The notes: generated by a model from the sequence alone, not told the origin. Counted from the first letter of the stretch, positions 1 through 8,307 are shown. The stretch is DNA of 64,000 nt from an uncultured Candidatus Saccharibacteria bacterium (GCA_964552045.1 CAZKFF010000001.1:120-64119); one strand, 5' to 3'. Program-made: numbers and translations.

Positions 1-30
1 AGTAGATCAATCCACAGCGACGACTACAAA

Positions 31-219
31 ATGATTATAAAGCGCCTCAAAGAGGCGCGCCTTGAAGTTGGTCTATCCCAGCAAGATGTAGCGGACAAAC
101 TTGATAAACCACAATCTTACGTTTCAAAAATTGAGTCTGGTGAGCGGCGTTTGGATGTTGCTGAAATGAAGGCGTTTGCAAAAATTTACAAAAAGCCGTT
201 GGATTACTTCGTGAATTAG
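31..219 (+). CDS. XRE-family helix-turn-helix transcriptional regulator; candidate controller (C) protein of the adjacent restriction-modification system
   Basis: 62 aa with the Cro/C1-type HTH signature (LSQQDVADKL...SYVSKIESG). Lies 4 nt upstream of a co-oriented ORF and is convergent with a DNA MTase, the classic C-R-M layout. Confidence 0.7.
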   Translation: MIIKRLKEARLEVGLSQQDVADKLDKPQSYVSKIESGERRLDVAEMKAFAKIYKKPLDYFVN

Positions 220-223
220 ACCC

Positions 224-922
224 ATGCCTAAGAATAAGAAAGACACAGTTAAAGAATCGATCTCTCTCATAGAGTCTATTGCAAAAAAGAGACAGAGGCT
301 TTCTGTTGAGGAAGCAAGGGTTTTGATTAGTGAAATTACTAAACTCACAAAAATTCTCTTGGTTTCCAGTGGATTCCCTATAAGAGATGTGACCAGACTT
401 ACCACAAAACTTAGGGACGCTGGACGTAGGTCACCCCCGTGGACACCTTATTCAGGTCGAGTTCCGGGCAGACCTCAAGACGGAGCGGATGGCAATCGGC
501 GCTTGAGATGGCTATTTCCAAAAACCCATAAGTTTTATGCTGACGAAATTACAGCGACATTGGTCGAGGTGAAATATTATCTACAAGTACTGTCTATGAC
601 CAATGCGCCCAAGCTCCCAAAAGGTGCATTCGAGGGGACATTTGATTGGCTTGTGAAGCACAAAATATCACCCGGTGCGTATTTAGACCCAATACAGTTG
701 GTTCCAATTGATCTAAAAGTGATTCTTAATGAGTTAAGAAATCTCCACTCAGGGCATTTGGTGCCGCTAGATCGTAGTGGCAAGCATGAGCCAGCGAATA
801 CTTTTCTTGTCTATGCACGAAGTAACCAGCTTCAAGGAAATTTGACGCTAAATGAACTACTCGACTTAATGAAGCGAATCCTAGACAAACACCACAGCGA
901 GCTGCATGACGAGATTATATAG
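224..922 (+). CDS. hypothetical protein; putative type II restriction endonuclease, inferred from context
   Basis: 232-aa intact ORF directly downstream of the C-like HTH gene. Its stop overlaps the stop of the convergent MTase gene. No nuclease motif recognised by eye, so the assignment rests only on the C-R-M arrangement. Confidence 0.35.
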   Translation: MPKNKKDTVKESISLIESIAKKRQRLSVEEARVLISEITKLTKILLVSSGFPIRDVTRLTTKLRDAGRRSPPWTPYSGRVPGRPQDGADGNRRLRWLFPKTHKFYADEITATLVEVKYYLQVLSMTNAPKLPKGAFEGTFDWLVKHKISPGAYLDPIQLVPIDLKVILNELRNLHSGHLVPLDRSGKHEPANTFLVYARSNQLQGNLTLNELLDLMKRILDKHHSELHDEII

Positions 923-2909
923 CTAACACTTCCTCTAGTTCATTTATTCCAGAAGTGAGGTCGTCTATCGCTTTTTGCCGCGCACTCTCCCCGTCCCTTA
1001 TCCTTTTTACAACCTTTTCGTAAACTTTTTTGTCTTTTGGAACTGGAATTTTTAGATTACCAATGTACTCAGGCGTAATCTCATCAATTACAGAACCATA
1101 AACACCACGCGCTATTGTCTCTTGTGCATATCTCGTTTTAAGGAAAGCAAATAAATACTCCGATGCCATTTTTTCTTGGTCGGGAATAACTCTAATTACA
1201 TGTTCTGAAAATGCATAACCGTCCCATGCTTGAGGTACCGTCGAAACAATTCCGACAGAACCGCTTCTGGTAATAAGGATCCAGCCTTTTTTCACTTTCA
1301 ACTCTTCTATCTTTTTATTTTCCAGACTCATCCACTTATCAGCCCGTAATAGGAGTTGAGTGACGTTAGTTCCACCTAAGAAAGGGACGGCTTCTTGACT
1401 TGGCTCAACGTAGTTTCTTGCAAAACGCCCGGGAAAAAAAATATTTTTAACAACATTATTTAGCTCAACGTACTCCCACTGTTTGTTGTGAGTTTTGCTA
1501 GTAGGTTTGACTGCTTTATGTGATTTGTAATAGCGGGCGTCGAATCTCAAAAGAGGGTCTTCACTAATTTGTTTAGGTGTGACCTTGAAGCTAATTTCTG
1601 AACTAAATTTCTTTTTCTTTTTAAAGTTCGAGTAGTCAGCCTCAACAACATGAAAATCACTTAAAATTTGATCTGTAACAGAACCGTCACGCTCTCTAAC
1701 GTATGTAGGATTTCCTCGTCTATCGTGTCCAATCCACTTAGGAGTGGACATGAAGATTTCGGGATCCGAATCTAAATCTATTTGCTCTAAAGGTTTTTTC
1801 CTTCTTTTCAAAACCAGTAGCGACGCTTTAGTCCCAGTGTGAGGCTGAAAAGTTTCTGGCGGCAGATCAACAACAGCTAAAATCTGCGCGTGTCTCAGAA
1901 TCCATTGGCGGACAAAAAGAGTTTGTGGACCAGAAACAATCTGATAAGGAACAACTATTGCCAACCTACCGGCATCAGGTTTAAGAAGTCTTATATTTCT
2001 CTCAATAAACAAAATATCAGGAGCACGCTGTACAACGGCAGACTCGTCACCAAATAAACCAGTCCTCGTATATTTTTTTGCTAAGTCAAATTGAGAAAGG
2101 AGTTCCGGATCTTTGATCGTAATCTTTGTACCAAAAGGAGGGTTGGTTGCGAGGCAGGAATAACTGCTTTCGTTAAGTCTACTTGAGGGATCAATTTTGA
2201 GAGAATCGCCATTAGCAACAAAATCTACATCTTGAGCACCTAGCTGAAACGACATTGTTGAATTTGCTATTTCCGAAAGCTCTTTATCGAGCTCCTGTCC
2301 AGCAATTGACTCTTTTGCAAGTTTTCTTGCTTTTTCTTCATCACCGTCAGCCAGTTTTTTTATGTGTTTGAGTGCTGCCATCAAAAACCCCCCTGTGCCT
2401 GCACAAATATCAGCAAAGTTGTCTCCTTTTAGAGGATTGAAATCAAGTAGCTTTATAGATAATTGGGTGACTCTTTGGTCGGTAAAAAATTGACCTCCAT
2501 TTGATTTCGTCCAGTGTGATCTAAAGATTTCCATTGAGTCGCCAAATACATCTCGTTCGGAAGTGAGGATATCAATGTCAAAGATTTTTTCGTAAACATG
2601 CGCAATGTTTAAGTCAGTGAGATTTATCTCATTTCCATCCTCGTAAAATCTGGACTGCTTATTAGCTGCCCCAAAATTCTTTCTAACAAAGCTTGCTACA
2701 TTCTTCACATCAATAGCCTGACCATTTAATCTATGTCCCCTTGAGGAGAGTGGGGGTTTGTTGATTTTATTCTTCTCGGCATAAGCCAGAGCCCTATATA
2801 TTTTTCCAACCTCCTTAGCAATAGCTGTAGGAACCTTCACCGGAGAATTGGCGTATAGGTAGTCATAAATGGAGTTCACTCGTGATTCAAGATGTATGAT
2901 CGTACTCAT
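915..2909 (-). CDS. N6-adenine DNA methyltransferase (gamma class) with fused C-terminal HsdS-like target recognition domain
   Basis: Motif I DICAGTGGFLMAA and motif IV TNPPFG are present. The C-terminal about 180 aa (GWILITRSGSVGIVSTV...NLKIPVPKD) match the type I specificity-subunit TRD pattern. Start moved to MSTIIHLE (Met-15 of the track ORF), 7 nt after a TATAAT box. Confidence 0.8.
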   Translation of the reverse strand: MSTIIHLESRVNSIYDYLYANSPVKVPTAIAKEVGKIYRALAYAEKNKINKPPLSSRGHRLNGQAIDVKNVASFVRKNFGAANKQSRFYEDGNEINLTDLNIAHVYEKIFDIDILTSERDVFGDSMEIFRSHWTKSNGGQFFTDQRVTQLSIKLLDFNPLKGDNFADICAGTGGFLMAALKHIKKLADGDEEKARKLAKESIAGQELDKELSEIANSTMSFQLGAQDVDFVANGDSLKIDPSSRLNESSYSCLATNPPFGTKITIKDPELLSQFDLAKKYTRTGLFGDESAVVQRAPDILFIERNIRLLKPDAGRLAIVVPYQIVSGPQTLFVRQWILRHAQILAVVDLPPETFQPHTGTKASLLVLKRRKKPLEQIDLDSDPEIFMSTPKWIGHDRRGNPTYVRERDGSVTDQILSDFHVVEADYSNFKKKKKFSSEISFKVTPKQISEDPLLRFDARYYKSHKAVKPTSKTHNKQWEYVELNNVVKNIFFPGRFARNYVEPSQEAVPFLGGTNVTQLLLRADKWMSLENKKIEELKVKKGWILITRSGSVGIVSTVPQAWDGYAFSEHVIRVIPDQEKMASEYLFAFLKTRYAQETIARGVYGSVIDEITPEYIGNLKIPVPKDKKVYEKVVKRIRDGESARQKAIDDLTSGINELEEVLAI

Positions 2910-2920
2910 ACATAAATTAT

Positions 2921-2958
2921 ATGCAAAATTTGCACAATGCAAAATTTGCATTGTGCAT
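2921..2958 (-). promoter_or_regulatory. tandem 14-bp direct repeats (ATGCAAAATTTGCA x2, each near-palindromic) overlapping the -35/spacer of the MTase promoter; candidate operator. TATAAT lies 7 nt upstream of the ATG, suggesting a leaderless mRNA
   Basis: Read directly from the sequence: atgcaaaatttgcaca / atgcaaaatttgcatt, 17 nt apart. On the minus strand it reads tgcaaattttgcaTATAATttatgtATG. Confidence 0.45.
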
Positions 2959-3005
2959 AACTTACTCAGGCAACTTCCTGTAACAAACGGGACATATCCG
3001 GGTCT

Positions 3006-3950
3006 TTACAGAACCTTACCTTTTGACCAGTACTCCTCAAACGCACTGCGAGCATCATCATAATTTTCTGACAAACTCACTTCTGATCGTTGTCCAGCAG
3101 ATATTGCATTCACGTTTGGTACGTTTCTCAGATACCCAACACCATCGAGAATCCATCGATCATGTGTGTCTCGTATCAATTTACTGTCTATAGTTGCCCA
3201 GGTTGTTTTGATACCTTTGTTTTCCATCTCCTGTTTGAACCGTTTGAAGTACCTTCGTACGTCGCTTCCCAAATTTACGTCTCCCATGTCCAAAGATAGA
3301 ATGCGTATTTCTTTTATTTTCTCTGCATCAGCAACACTCCATAACCATTCCAGCGCCTCTTTCTGGAAATGTTTATCGAGCCATGAAATGGATCCCTCAC
3401 ATTCTCCAAGTACTCGCTTTATCCAGAGGATGTTAGAGAATGGTCGCGATGGGTCAATAAAGATATTTTTTGGCGTATGAGGAGTATCGGGTGAGATAAG
3501 TACTTTCACAGCCCTAGTTTTCTTGTTGTAGGTGATAACACCTGCGTAATTCAAGAAGTCTAGGAAATGCGTCAATGGCTCGTTGGAATCATAGAACCAA
3601 AAGCCCGTAGCCTTTAGGACCGTAAGTACTTGATCAACAGTTACGTCCGATACTCCCCACAAATATTGCTGTAATGCAATCGTGGGAGGAAAGGATAGAA
3701 GCAAGTGCCTTAACATCTCGGTTTCCTCTCCATCACGGCGGATGTACAGCGACTCAAATATCGCTCGTCCGGCCTCAGAAAGCTCACCTGTAGCACCGAC
3801 ATCAAAAACTCCAAGCTCTTCCCAGAAAGTATAGTCGTCTCCCAGTTCATACCGATCTACTGAACCGTTCTCACCAGCCGCCTGTATATAAGGCAGCATT
3901 TTCTTCCAGTTATTCTGTGGCAGAAGTGTTGTCGTTTCCGTGTTTATCAT
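3006..3950 (-). CDS. hypothetical protein (island protein B), second gene of a two-gene operon of unknown function
   Basis: 314-aa ORF with AT-rich island composition. It overlaps the upstream ORF by 41 nt. An alternative start at Met-18 (3899) would leave a 10-nt gap. The C-terminal segment THDRWILDGVGYLRNVPNVN loosely resembles a PLD-type HxK..D..N signature but is not canonical. Confidence 0.55.
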   Translation of the reverse strand: MINTETTTLLPQNNWKKMLPYIQAAGENGSVDRYELGDDYTFWEELGVFDVGATGELSEAGRAIFESLYIRRDGEETEMLRHLLLSFPPTIALQQYLWGVSDVTVDQVLTVLKATGFWFYDSNEPLTHFLDFLNYAGVITYNKKTRAVKVLISPDTPHTPKNIFIDPSRPFSNILWIKRVLGECEGSISWLDKHFQKEALEWLWSVADAEKIKEIRILSLDMGDVNLGSDVRRYFKRFKQEMENKGIKTTWATIDSKLIRDTHDRWILDGVGYLRNVPNVNAISAGQRSEVSLSENYDDARSAFEEYWSKGKVL

Positions 3951-4707
3951 TTTCCTTTGGCTTTGCGTCTGTTACTGCTTTGTCCAGTGCTGCGATCTCA
4001 CTTCCAAACTTTCCGATGGCAAATAAGTACGCGATTTCTGTAGGGTAAGAAATTACAATACCGCTCGGTAACTCGACTTCCTGCATCCCCGTTTTAACTT
4101 GACGTTCTGACTTCTCTGCTCCAAACCGCTGTGATTGCGAGTGTTCACTATTGTCGGTTTCTTCGTCTGTCGTATCTGCCGTGTCTTTAGAGATGGCCTC
4201 ACTAACAATGCCGTTAGAGTACAAGCCTGCAAATTCAAGAGAATCCTTGAATGTTTGCACTACAGTATCGGCAACCTTGCGGCCTATTCCGAATTGTCTG
4301 ACAAGAATGTTGTTAAGAGTAGGAGGAACTGCACGTCCCGAATATTCACTGATGAGAGACTCAAACAACTTCGGATGCTTCGCCGCCTCTAATATTGCAG
4401 CATTTTTCTCCTCCTCTGTTGTATAATGAAGTATCTGCTCAGCAAGATCAGAGTTCTTATATGCGTTACCTTTGCGCTCTAAGAGTCCGTAATGTACCAG
4501 AGCTGCAACTTTAGGGGCTGAAGCACCGCTAAGCGTTGCGTAACCCATAGAAACAGCTGCAGAAGCCCGGTCAAACTGAGATTTAGGATAAGCAGCGATA
4601 AGTTTCTTACTGTACTCAACAGCTTCACCAAGAGGGATGGCGGGGTACGCTGTGCTCCGTTCTCTCTTTGTAGTCTTCTTCGCCTCTGTATTTTGATTGT
4701 CAGTCAT
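3910..4707 (-). CDS. hypothetical protein (island protein A), first gene of the two-gene operon
   Basis: 265 aa from MTDNQNTEAKK; the track ORF extends 7 codons further. Acidic C-terminal tail and no recognisable motif. Co-oriented with and overlapping the downstream ORF. Confidence 0.55.
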   Translation of the reverse strand: MTDNQNTEAKKTTKRERSTAYPAIPLGEAVEYSKKLIAAYPKSQFDRASAAVSMGYATLSGASAPKVAALVHYGLLERKGNAYKNSDLAEQILHYTTEEEKNAAILEAAKHPKLFESLISEYSGRAVPPTLNNILVRQFGIGRKVADTVVQTFKDSLEFAGLYSNGIVSEAISKDTADTTDEETDNSEHSQSQRFGAEKSERQVKTGMQEVELPSGIVISYPTEIAYLFAIGKFGSEIAALDKAVTDAKPKENDKHGNDNTSATE

Positions 4708-4914
4708 AATAATTTTATTTAATCCCATTCCAGTTGGGAGTTTTGTAATACTTAAAATATACTCTCTGTACTATATGCTTGTCAAGCGCAATCTTTACTT
4801 TGTGAAAAATGCCAGAATAACCCAGTAAAGTAGCCATTTTTATATCTATAAGAAACGAGTTACAAAGCGACATGCACCATATTTTTTGTAGTACAGAAAA
4901 GTCTTTGGGTACTT

Positions 4915-5775
4915 TGTAACATGGGGAGCAACCCCGCCCGCCAGGGCGGGGTTTGTGCGCGCACGGGTGGGAGCCGTGAACACGGCATGGGGCAAGCACA
5001 TAAGGCAGCGCCGTCGGGCTATTTCCGCTAGGAGCGTCCAGGGCTAAAGGACGAGCGCCGACGTTAATTTGCAATACAGAAATCTAGCAGCGGAAGCGAC
5101 ACCACAAACGCGCTATTGAAAACGAGGATGGGGGTTGTGCGAGGGCGGACTCCGAAGGCACGTTAAACGAAGCCGCAAAGCGCAAGTAAAGTACAAACGC
5201 AATGAAGCACTGAAGACGCTAATGAATCACTGCGAGGAGGAGCCCGACGCTGGGGGAAGGATTCCTTCCTTCCCCCAATCTAGTGTCCTGCCTTTTCCAC
5301 CGCCCCGCAGGGCGGAATGGAAAAGAAAAGCAGGACCCATAGGCACCTAGGCGCTCGTAGCCCTAGCGGAAATAGCCCGAGGCGGATGCCGAGGGTGCCT
5401 CCCTTTAGCCTCTGGACTACCATAGAAATCTAGGAAATGGCACGAGGCACCGAATTGGAAGCGCCTTCCTTCTTCCACGTTTAGTGGAAGAACGCCCGGA
5501 AGAAAAAATCCTTTTCCATATCCAAAAAAATATCCCCCGCCAAAAAAGAAAAAGGAATACTGCAAAGGATTTTTCTGGAGGGCGTACCGCCGGAACGGAG
5601 TGGAGGCGGAAGGAGGCGCGTATCGAGTTACCACGCAAGCGGAGCGTACGATTCGGTCTCAAGCCACCACGCGCTCCGCGCGGGCGGATCACTTCTCGCT
5701 ACGCTCGAAAAAAGTTCGGATTTCATCATATAGACGGAGCTGAGGAATTTAGGAACCCCGCGCACGCGGGGTTTT
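4915..5775. ncRNA. candidate structured non-coding RNA region of unassigned class (GC-rich, ORF-poor, multiple stable hairpins)
   Basis: No credible ORF, only overlapping Arg-rich junk ORFs on both strands. Hairpins at 4926-4956 (10 bp), 5273-5297 (10 bp), 5306-5322 and 5468-5486. An intrinsic terminator on the + strand at about 5748-5775 closes the region. Weak, inconclusive similarity to the RNase P P4 region (AGAACGCCCGGAAGA). Confidence 0.25.
5748..5775 (+). terminator. rho-independent terminator (aaccccgcgcacgcggggttttt)
   Basis: 8-bp GC-rich stem with a 4-nt loop, followed by a run of 5 T. Confidence 0.6.
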
Positions 5776-5832
5776 TAAATTTCTGAAGCTCCGGCGGAGA
5801 AAGCAACCGAGTTGCTTTCGTCAGGATTCGAA

Positions 5833-5878
5833 AGGAATTTGCATATTTCCGCTATTCCTAATGCGGAAATGCAAATTC
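5833..5878. repeat. long imperfect inverted repeat (17-19 bp arms, 10-nt spacer): ggaatttgcatatttccgc-tattcctaat-gcggaaatgcaaattcc
   Basis: Read directly from the sequence. The right arm is the reverse complement of the left arm apart from a 2-nt bulge. Confidence 0.7.
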
Positions 5879-5951
5879 CCGGGCAGGTAAATCTTATGAA
5901 TGTAACGAATTAGATTTGGACGCCGAATCCTGCCGCCGGAGCCAAACAGGG

Positions 5952-5986
5952 CGAGACTTCCGATTTCGGGAGTCTTTTTCTTTATT
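5952..5986 (+). terminator. rho-independent terminator-like hairpin (agacttccg-attt-cgggagtct) followed by ttttctttattt
   Basis: 9-bp stem containing one G-U pair, then a T-rich tract. Lies about 140 nt upstream of the 6123 gene. Confidence 0.4.
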
Positions 5987-6122
5987 TGAACCGTCATTGA
6001 AGAATTCGAAAATCTGAATGGATGATTTTATTGACTGGATCCTGTAAGTTTCGAAATTCATGCCGCCCGTCCAATTCACACTGATCCAGTAAAAAGACGG
6101 TTTTGTGTGCTATTTTTAAGCC

Positions 6123-7295
6123 ATGAGGAAATTCTTCCTGCTGTTTGGGTTTCTCGCACTCCTTCTTTTGTTGTCAGCGCTGTATCTTCTCTGGGGAAGA
6201 TCACCCGCGGAAACACTGCCCACTTATTTTTCATATACTGATGAAGAACTTCAGATGATCCGTGGTCTCCATTCAGATAAGGCCATCACATTTGAAGATC
6301 TCCAGGCATGGGACGACGCCATCTTCAATCTGATCCAGGAGAACAAGACCGGTACAACAAAGGCCTCGCAGATATATACGTATCTTCTGGTGGCACAGCG
6401 CGATGCAGCTTTCATATCCTATAACGATACCGGCAAATTCCGCGGGAGCATTGATGCAGTTTCCAAGGGGGTTATCTGCGCATTCATGCCTGATGATTGC
6501 CTCTATATCACAACAGACAGCGATGCATATTCTGATGCGCTCGCTCAGATCGTGCTCGCTAAGGTCGAAAAGCGAATCGCGGATGACCAAAGCCAGCTGC
6601 ATACATATCCGCTGCAGTCAGAGGATCCCTATTGGTTGAACAAACGCGATGAAGCATTCAACGGACAGGACGTCGGATCATGGATGCCCTGGTCGATCGC
6701 CTCAGTTGCTGATTTCAATCTGCCTCCCCCGCCGGAGCTTGGTTCGGATGAACGAGCGCAGCAGCTGCAGGAAGTGCGGGATGCGGTTGACGGCATCACT
6801 GACGAACAGAAGCGTGCTGTTATCTATTGGGCTGACGGCCCGGGCACGAAGACCGCAGCGGCACAATGGCTCGAATTGGCAACTACGCACATGAAGGAAA
6901 CTGGCATGACCGACCTCCGTAGAATATTCATGATCAGATCGATCCTTGAGATGGCCATTGCTGACACGATCATCGCTTCTCACGATGTCAAATACACCTA
7001 CTGGGAGCGGCGCCCGGGCTCGCTCGATGCATCAATCGTGACGGTCATACCGACTCCGAACCATCCGAGCTATCCGTCAAACAGCGCAGCGATCGGCATG
7101 ACTGCGGCAACGGTCATGGCATACTTCTTCCCTGAAAAGTCATCAGAATGGCTCAGCATTGCCGAGGAAATAGGCAATACGCGCGTATGGTCCGGCATAC
7201 ACTTCCCACTTGACGTACAGGAGGGCTATGCACAGGGGAAAAAGATCGCCGAAGCGGTGCTCCAGAAAGAATTCGGGGACAGCCAGCCTCAGTAA
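6123..7295 (+). CDS. secreted PAP2-superfamily protein (acid phosphatase / vanadium-haloperoxidase-like)
   Basis: N-terminal signal/TM segment. PAP2 motifs present: KYTYWERRP (KX6RP), PSYPS and RVWSGIHFPLD (RX5HX3D). Confidence 0.7.
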   Translation: MRKFFLLFGFLALLLLLSALYLLWGRSPAETLPTYFSYTDEELQMIRGLHSDKAITFEDLQAWDDAIFNLIQENKTGTTKASQIYTYLLVAQRDAAFISYNDTGKFRGSIDAVSKGVICAFMPDDCLYITTDSDAYSDALAQIVLAKVEKRIADDQSQLHTYPLQSEDPYWLNKRDEAFNGQDVGSWMPWSIASVADFNLPPPPELGSDERAQQLQEVRDAVDGITDEQKRAVIYWADGPGTKTAAAQWLELATTHMKETGMTDLRRIFMIRSILEMAIADTIIASHDVKYTYWERRPGSLDASIVTVIPTPNHPSYPSNSAAIGMTAATVMAYFFPEKSSEWLSIAEEIGNTRVWSGIHFPLDVQEGYAQGKKIAEAVLQKEFGDSQPQ

Positions 7296-7304
7296 GTCTC
7301 TATC

Positions 7305-8300
7305 GTGATCATTTTTTATAAACTTGGCAGAAGATTGTTCGCAGGCTATGTGCTGCTTGCACTTTTTGTTGCAGTCACCGGCGGCATTGGCGTCTATGTA
7401 TCGCAACAGATCAGCGACTCCTTCTTGACTACCGCCAACAATGCGACCCCTGCTATCCGGGCGTTGTTCGAAATAAAGAGCACACTCAATGACATCGACA
7501 CGCTGACCGCCGATTTCGAACTGGCGAAGAATCCGGCGGTATCCGCTGAGCCGTCGCAGGAAATCAATGTACTGCGAAGCGGATTGATCGGACAGATCGA
7601 GCGCATGGGCGACAAGATCACCCAGTATCGTGAGACGAGTACGAATGCAAACGAAGCCGAGATCGTGCAAAAGATTGTCGATCAGAATGACCGCATCATT
7701 TCCAAAGCGCTTGGATTCATTGAACTTACGGAGAACACCGACGGACAAACACTCACACAACAACGGGATGCGCTTCGAAACGAAGCAGCGACCATGCATA
7801 AGATCATCGATGCAGTGATAACCCGCGAGATACAAAGCATCCAGATCGATACTGAAAATTCAAAGAAACTTGCCGATTCGCTTATTGTTATTATCACAGC
7901 CATTGCGCTGTGCGCTTTTGTCATTGCACTCCTGGTCGGGTTTTTTCTCTCAAACTATATATCCCGGTCAACGCAGATACTGCTCGATGCGATCGGCAAA
8001 GTGAAAGACGGGGTTCTCTCTGTTGATATCCCCCTGCATACCAAAGACGAAATGGGCCTGATCGGAGAAAGTTTCAGAGACCTTGCACACAAACTGCAGA
8101 TCGCGCAGCAGAAAATAGAACGGAATGCAGATGAGCTGGCCGCGACAAATCAGGCGCTCTATGACAAGAATGCGGAGCTGGAAAAATTCAACAAAATGAT
8201 GATCGGGCGGGAGATAAAAATGGTCGAACTGAAAGAAGAGATCAGGCAGCTGAGGTCAGACGGTTCTTCTTCGCAACCTGATGCTTCGCACCAGAGTTAA
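7305..8300 (+). CDS. membrane protein with a periplasmic sensor-like region and a HAMP domain, no recognisable output domain
   Basis: Two TM segments flank an about 170-aa loop. HAMP-like segment STQILLDAIGKVKDGVLSVDIPLHTKDEMGLIGESFRDLAHKL, then a coiled coil. Confidence 0.6.
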   Translation: MIIFYKLGRRLFAGYVLLALFVAVTGGIGVYVSQQISDSFLTTANNATPAIRALFEIKSTLNDIDTLTADFELAKNPAVSAEPSQEINVLRSGLIGQIERMGDKITQYRETSTNANEAEIVQKIVDQNDRIISKALGFIELTENTDGQTLTQQRDALRNEAATMHKIIDAVITREIQSIQIDTENSKKLADSLIVIITAIALCAFVIALLVGFFLSNYISRSTQILLDAIGKVKDGVLSVDIPLHTKDEMGLIGESFRDLAHKLQIAQQKIERNADELAATNQALYDKNAELEKFNKMMIGREIKMVELKEEIRQLRSDGSSSQPDASHQS

Positions 8301-8307
8301 AGTCTCT

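Noticed and set aside
224-922. GC-rich middle segment of the putative REase ORF (about 420-520) as an insertion or frameshift
   Set aside because: The frame stays open and the other two frames terminate quickly. No evidence of disruption, so it is kept as an intact ORF.
4990-5010. Group II intron domain V-like hairpin (gagccgtgaacacggc)
   Set aside because: Only a simple 6-bp hairpin. It lacks the AGC triad and bulge geometry and the length of domain V, and there is no RT or maturase ORF nearby.
4900-5780. tmRNA (ssrA) hypothesis for the structured region
   Set aside because: No tRNA-like 3' end (GGUUCGAxUCC...CCA), no 5' GGGG acceptor half, and no plausible tag-peptide reading frame found by eye. 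Left as an unassigned ncRNA candidate.
5135-5786. Four mutually overlapping 70-100-aa ORFs in the GC-rich intergenic region
   Set aside because: They overlap one another on both strands, are Arg/Pro-rich, and one runs through a terminator hairpin. More consistent with a structured RNA than with coding sequence.
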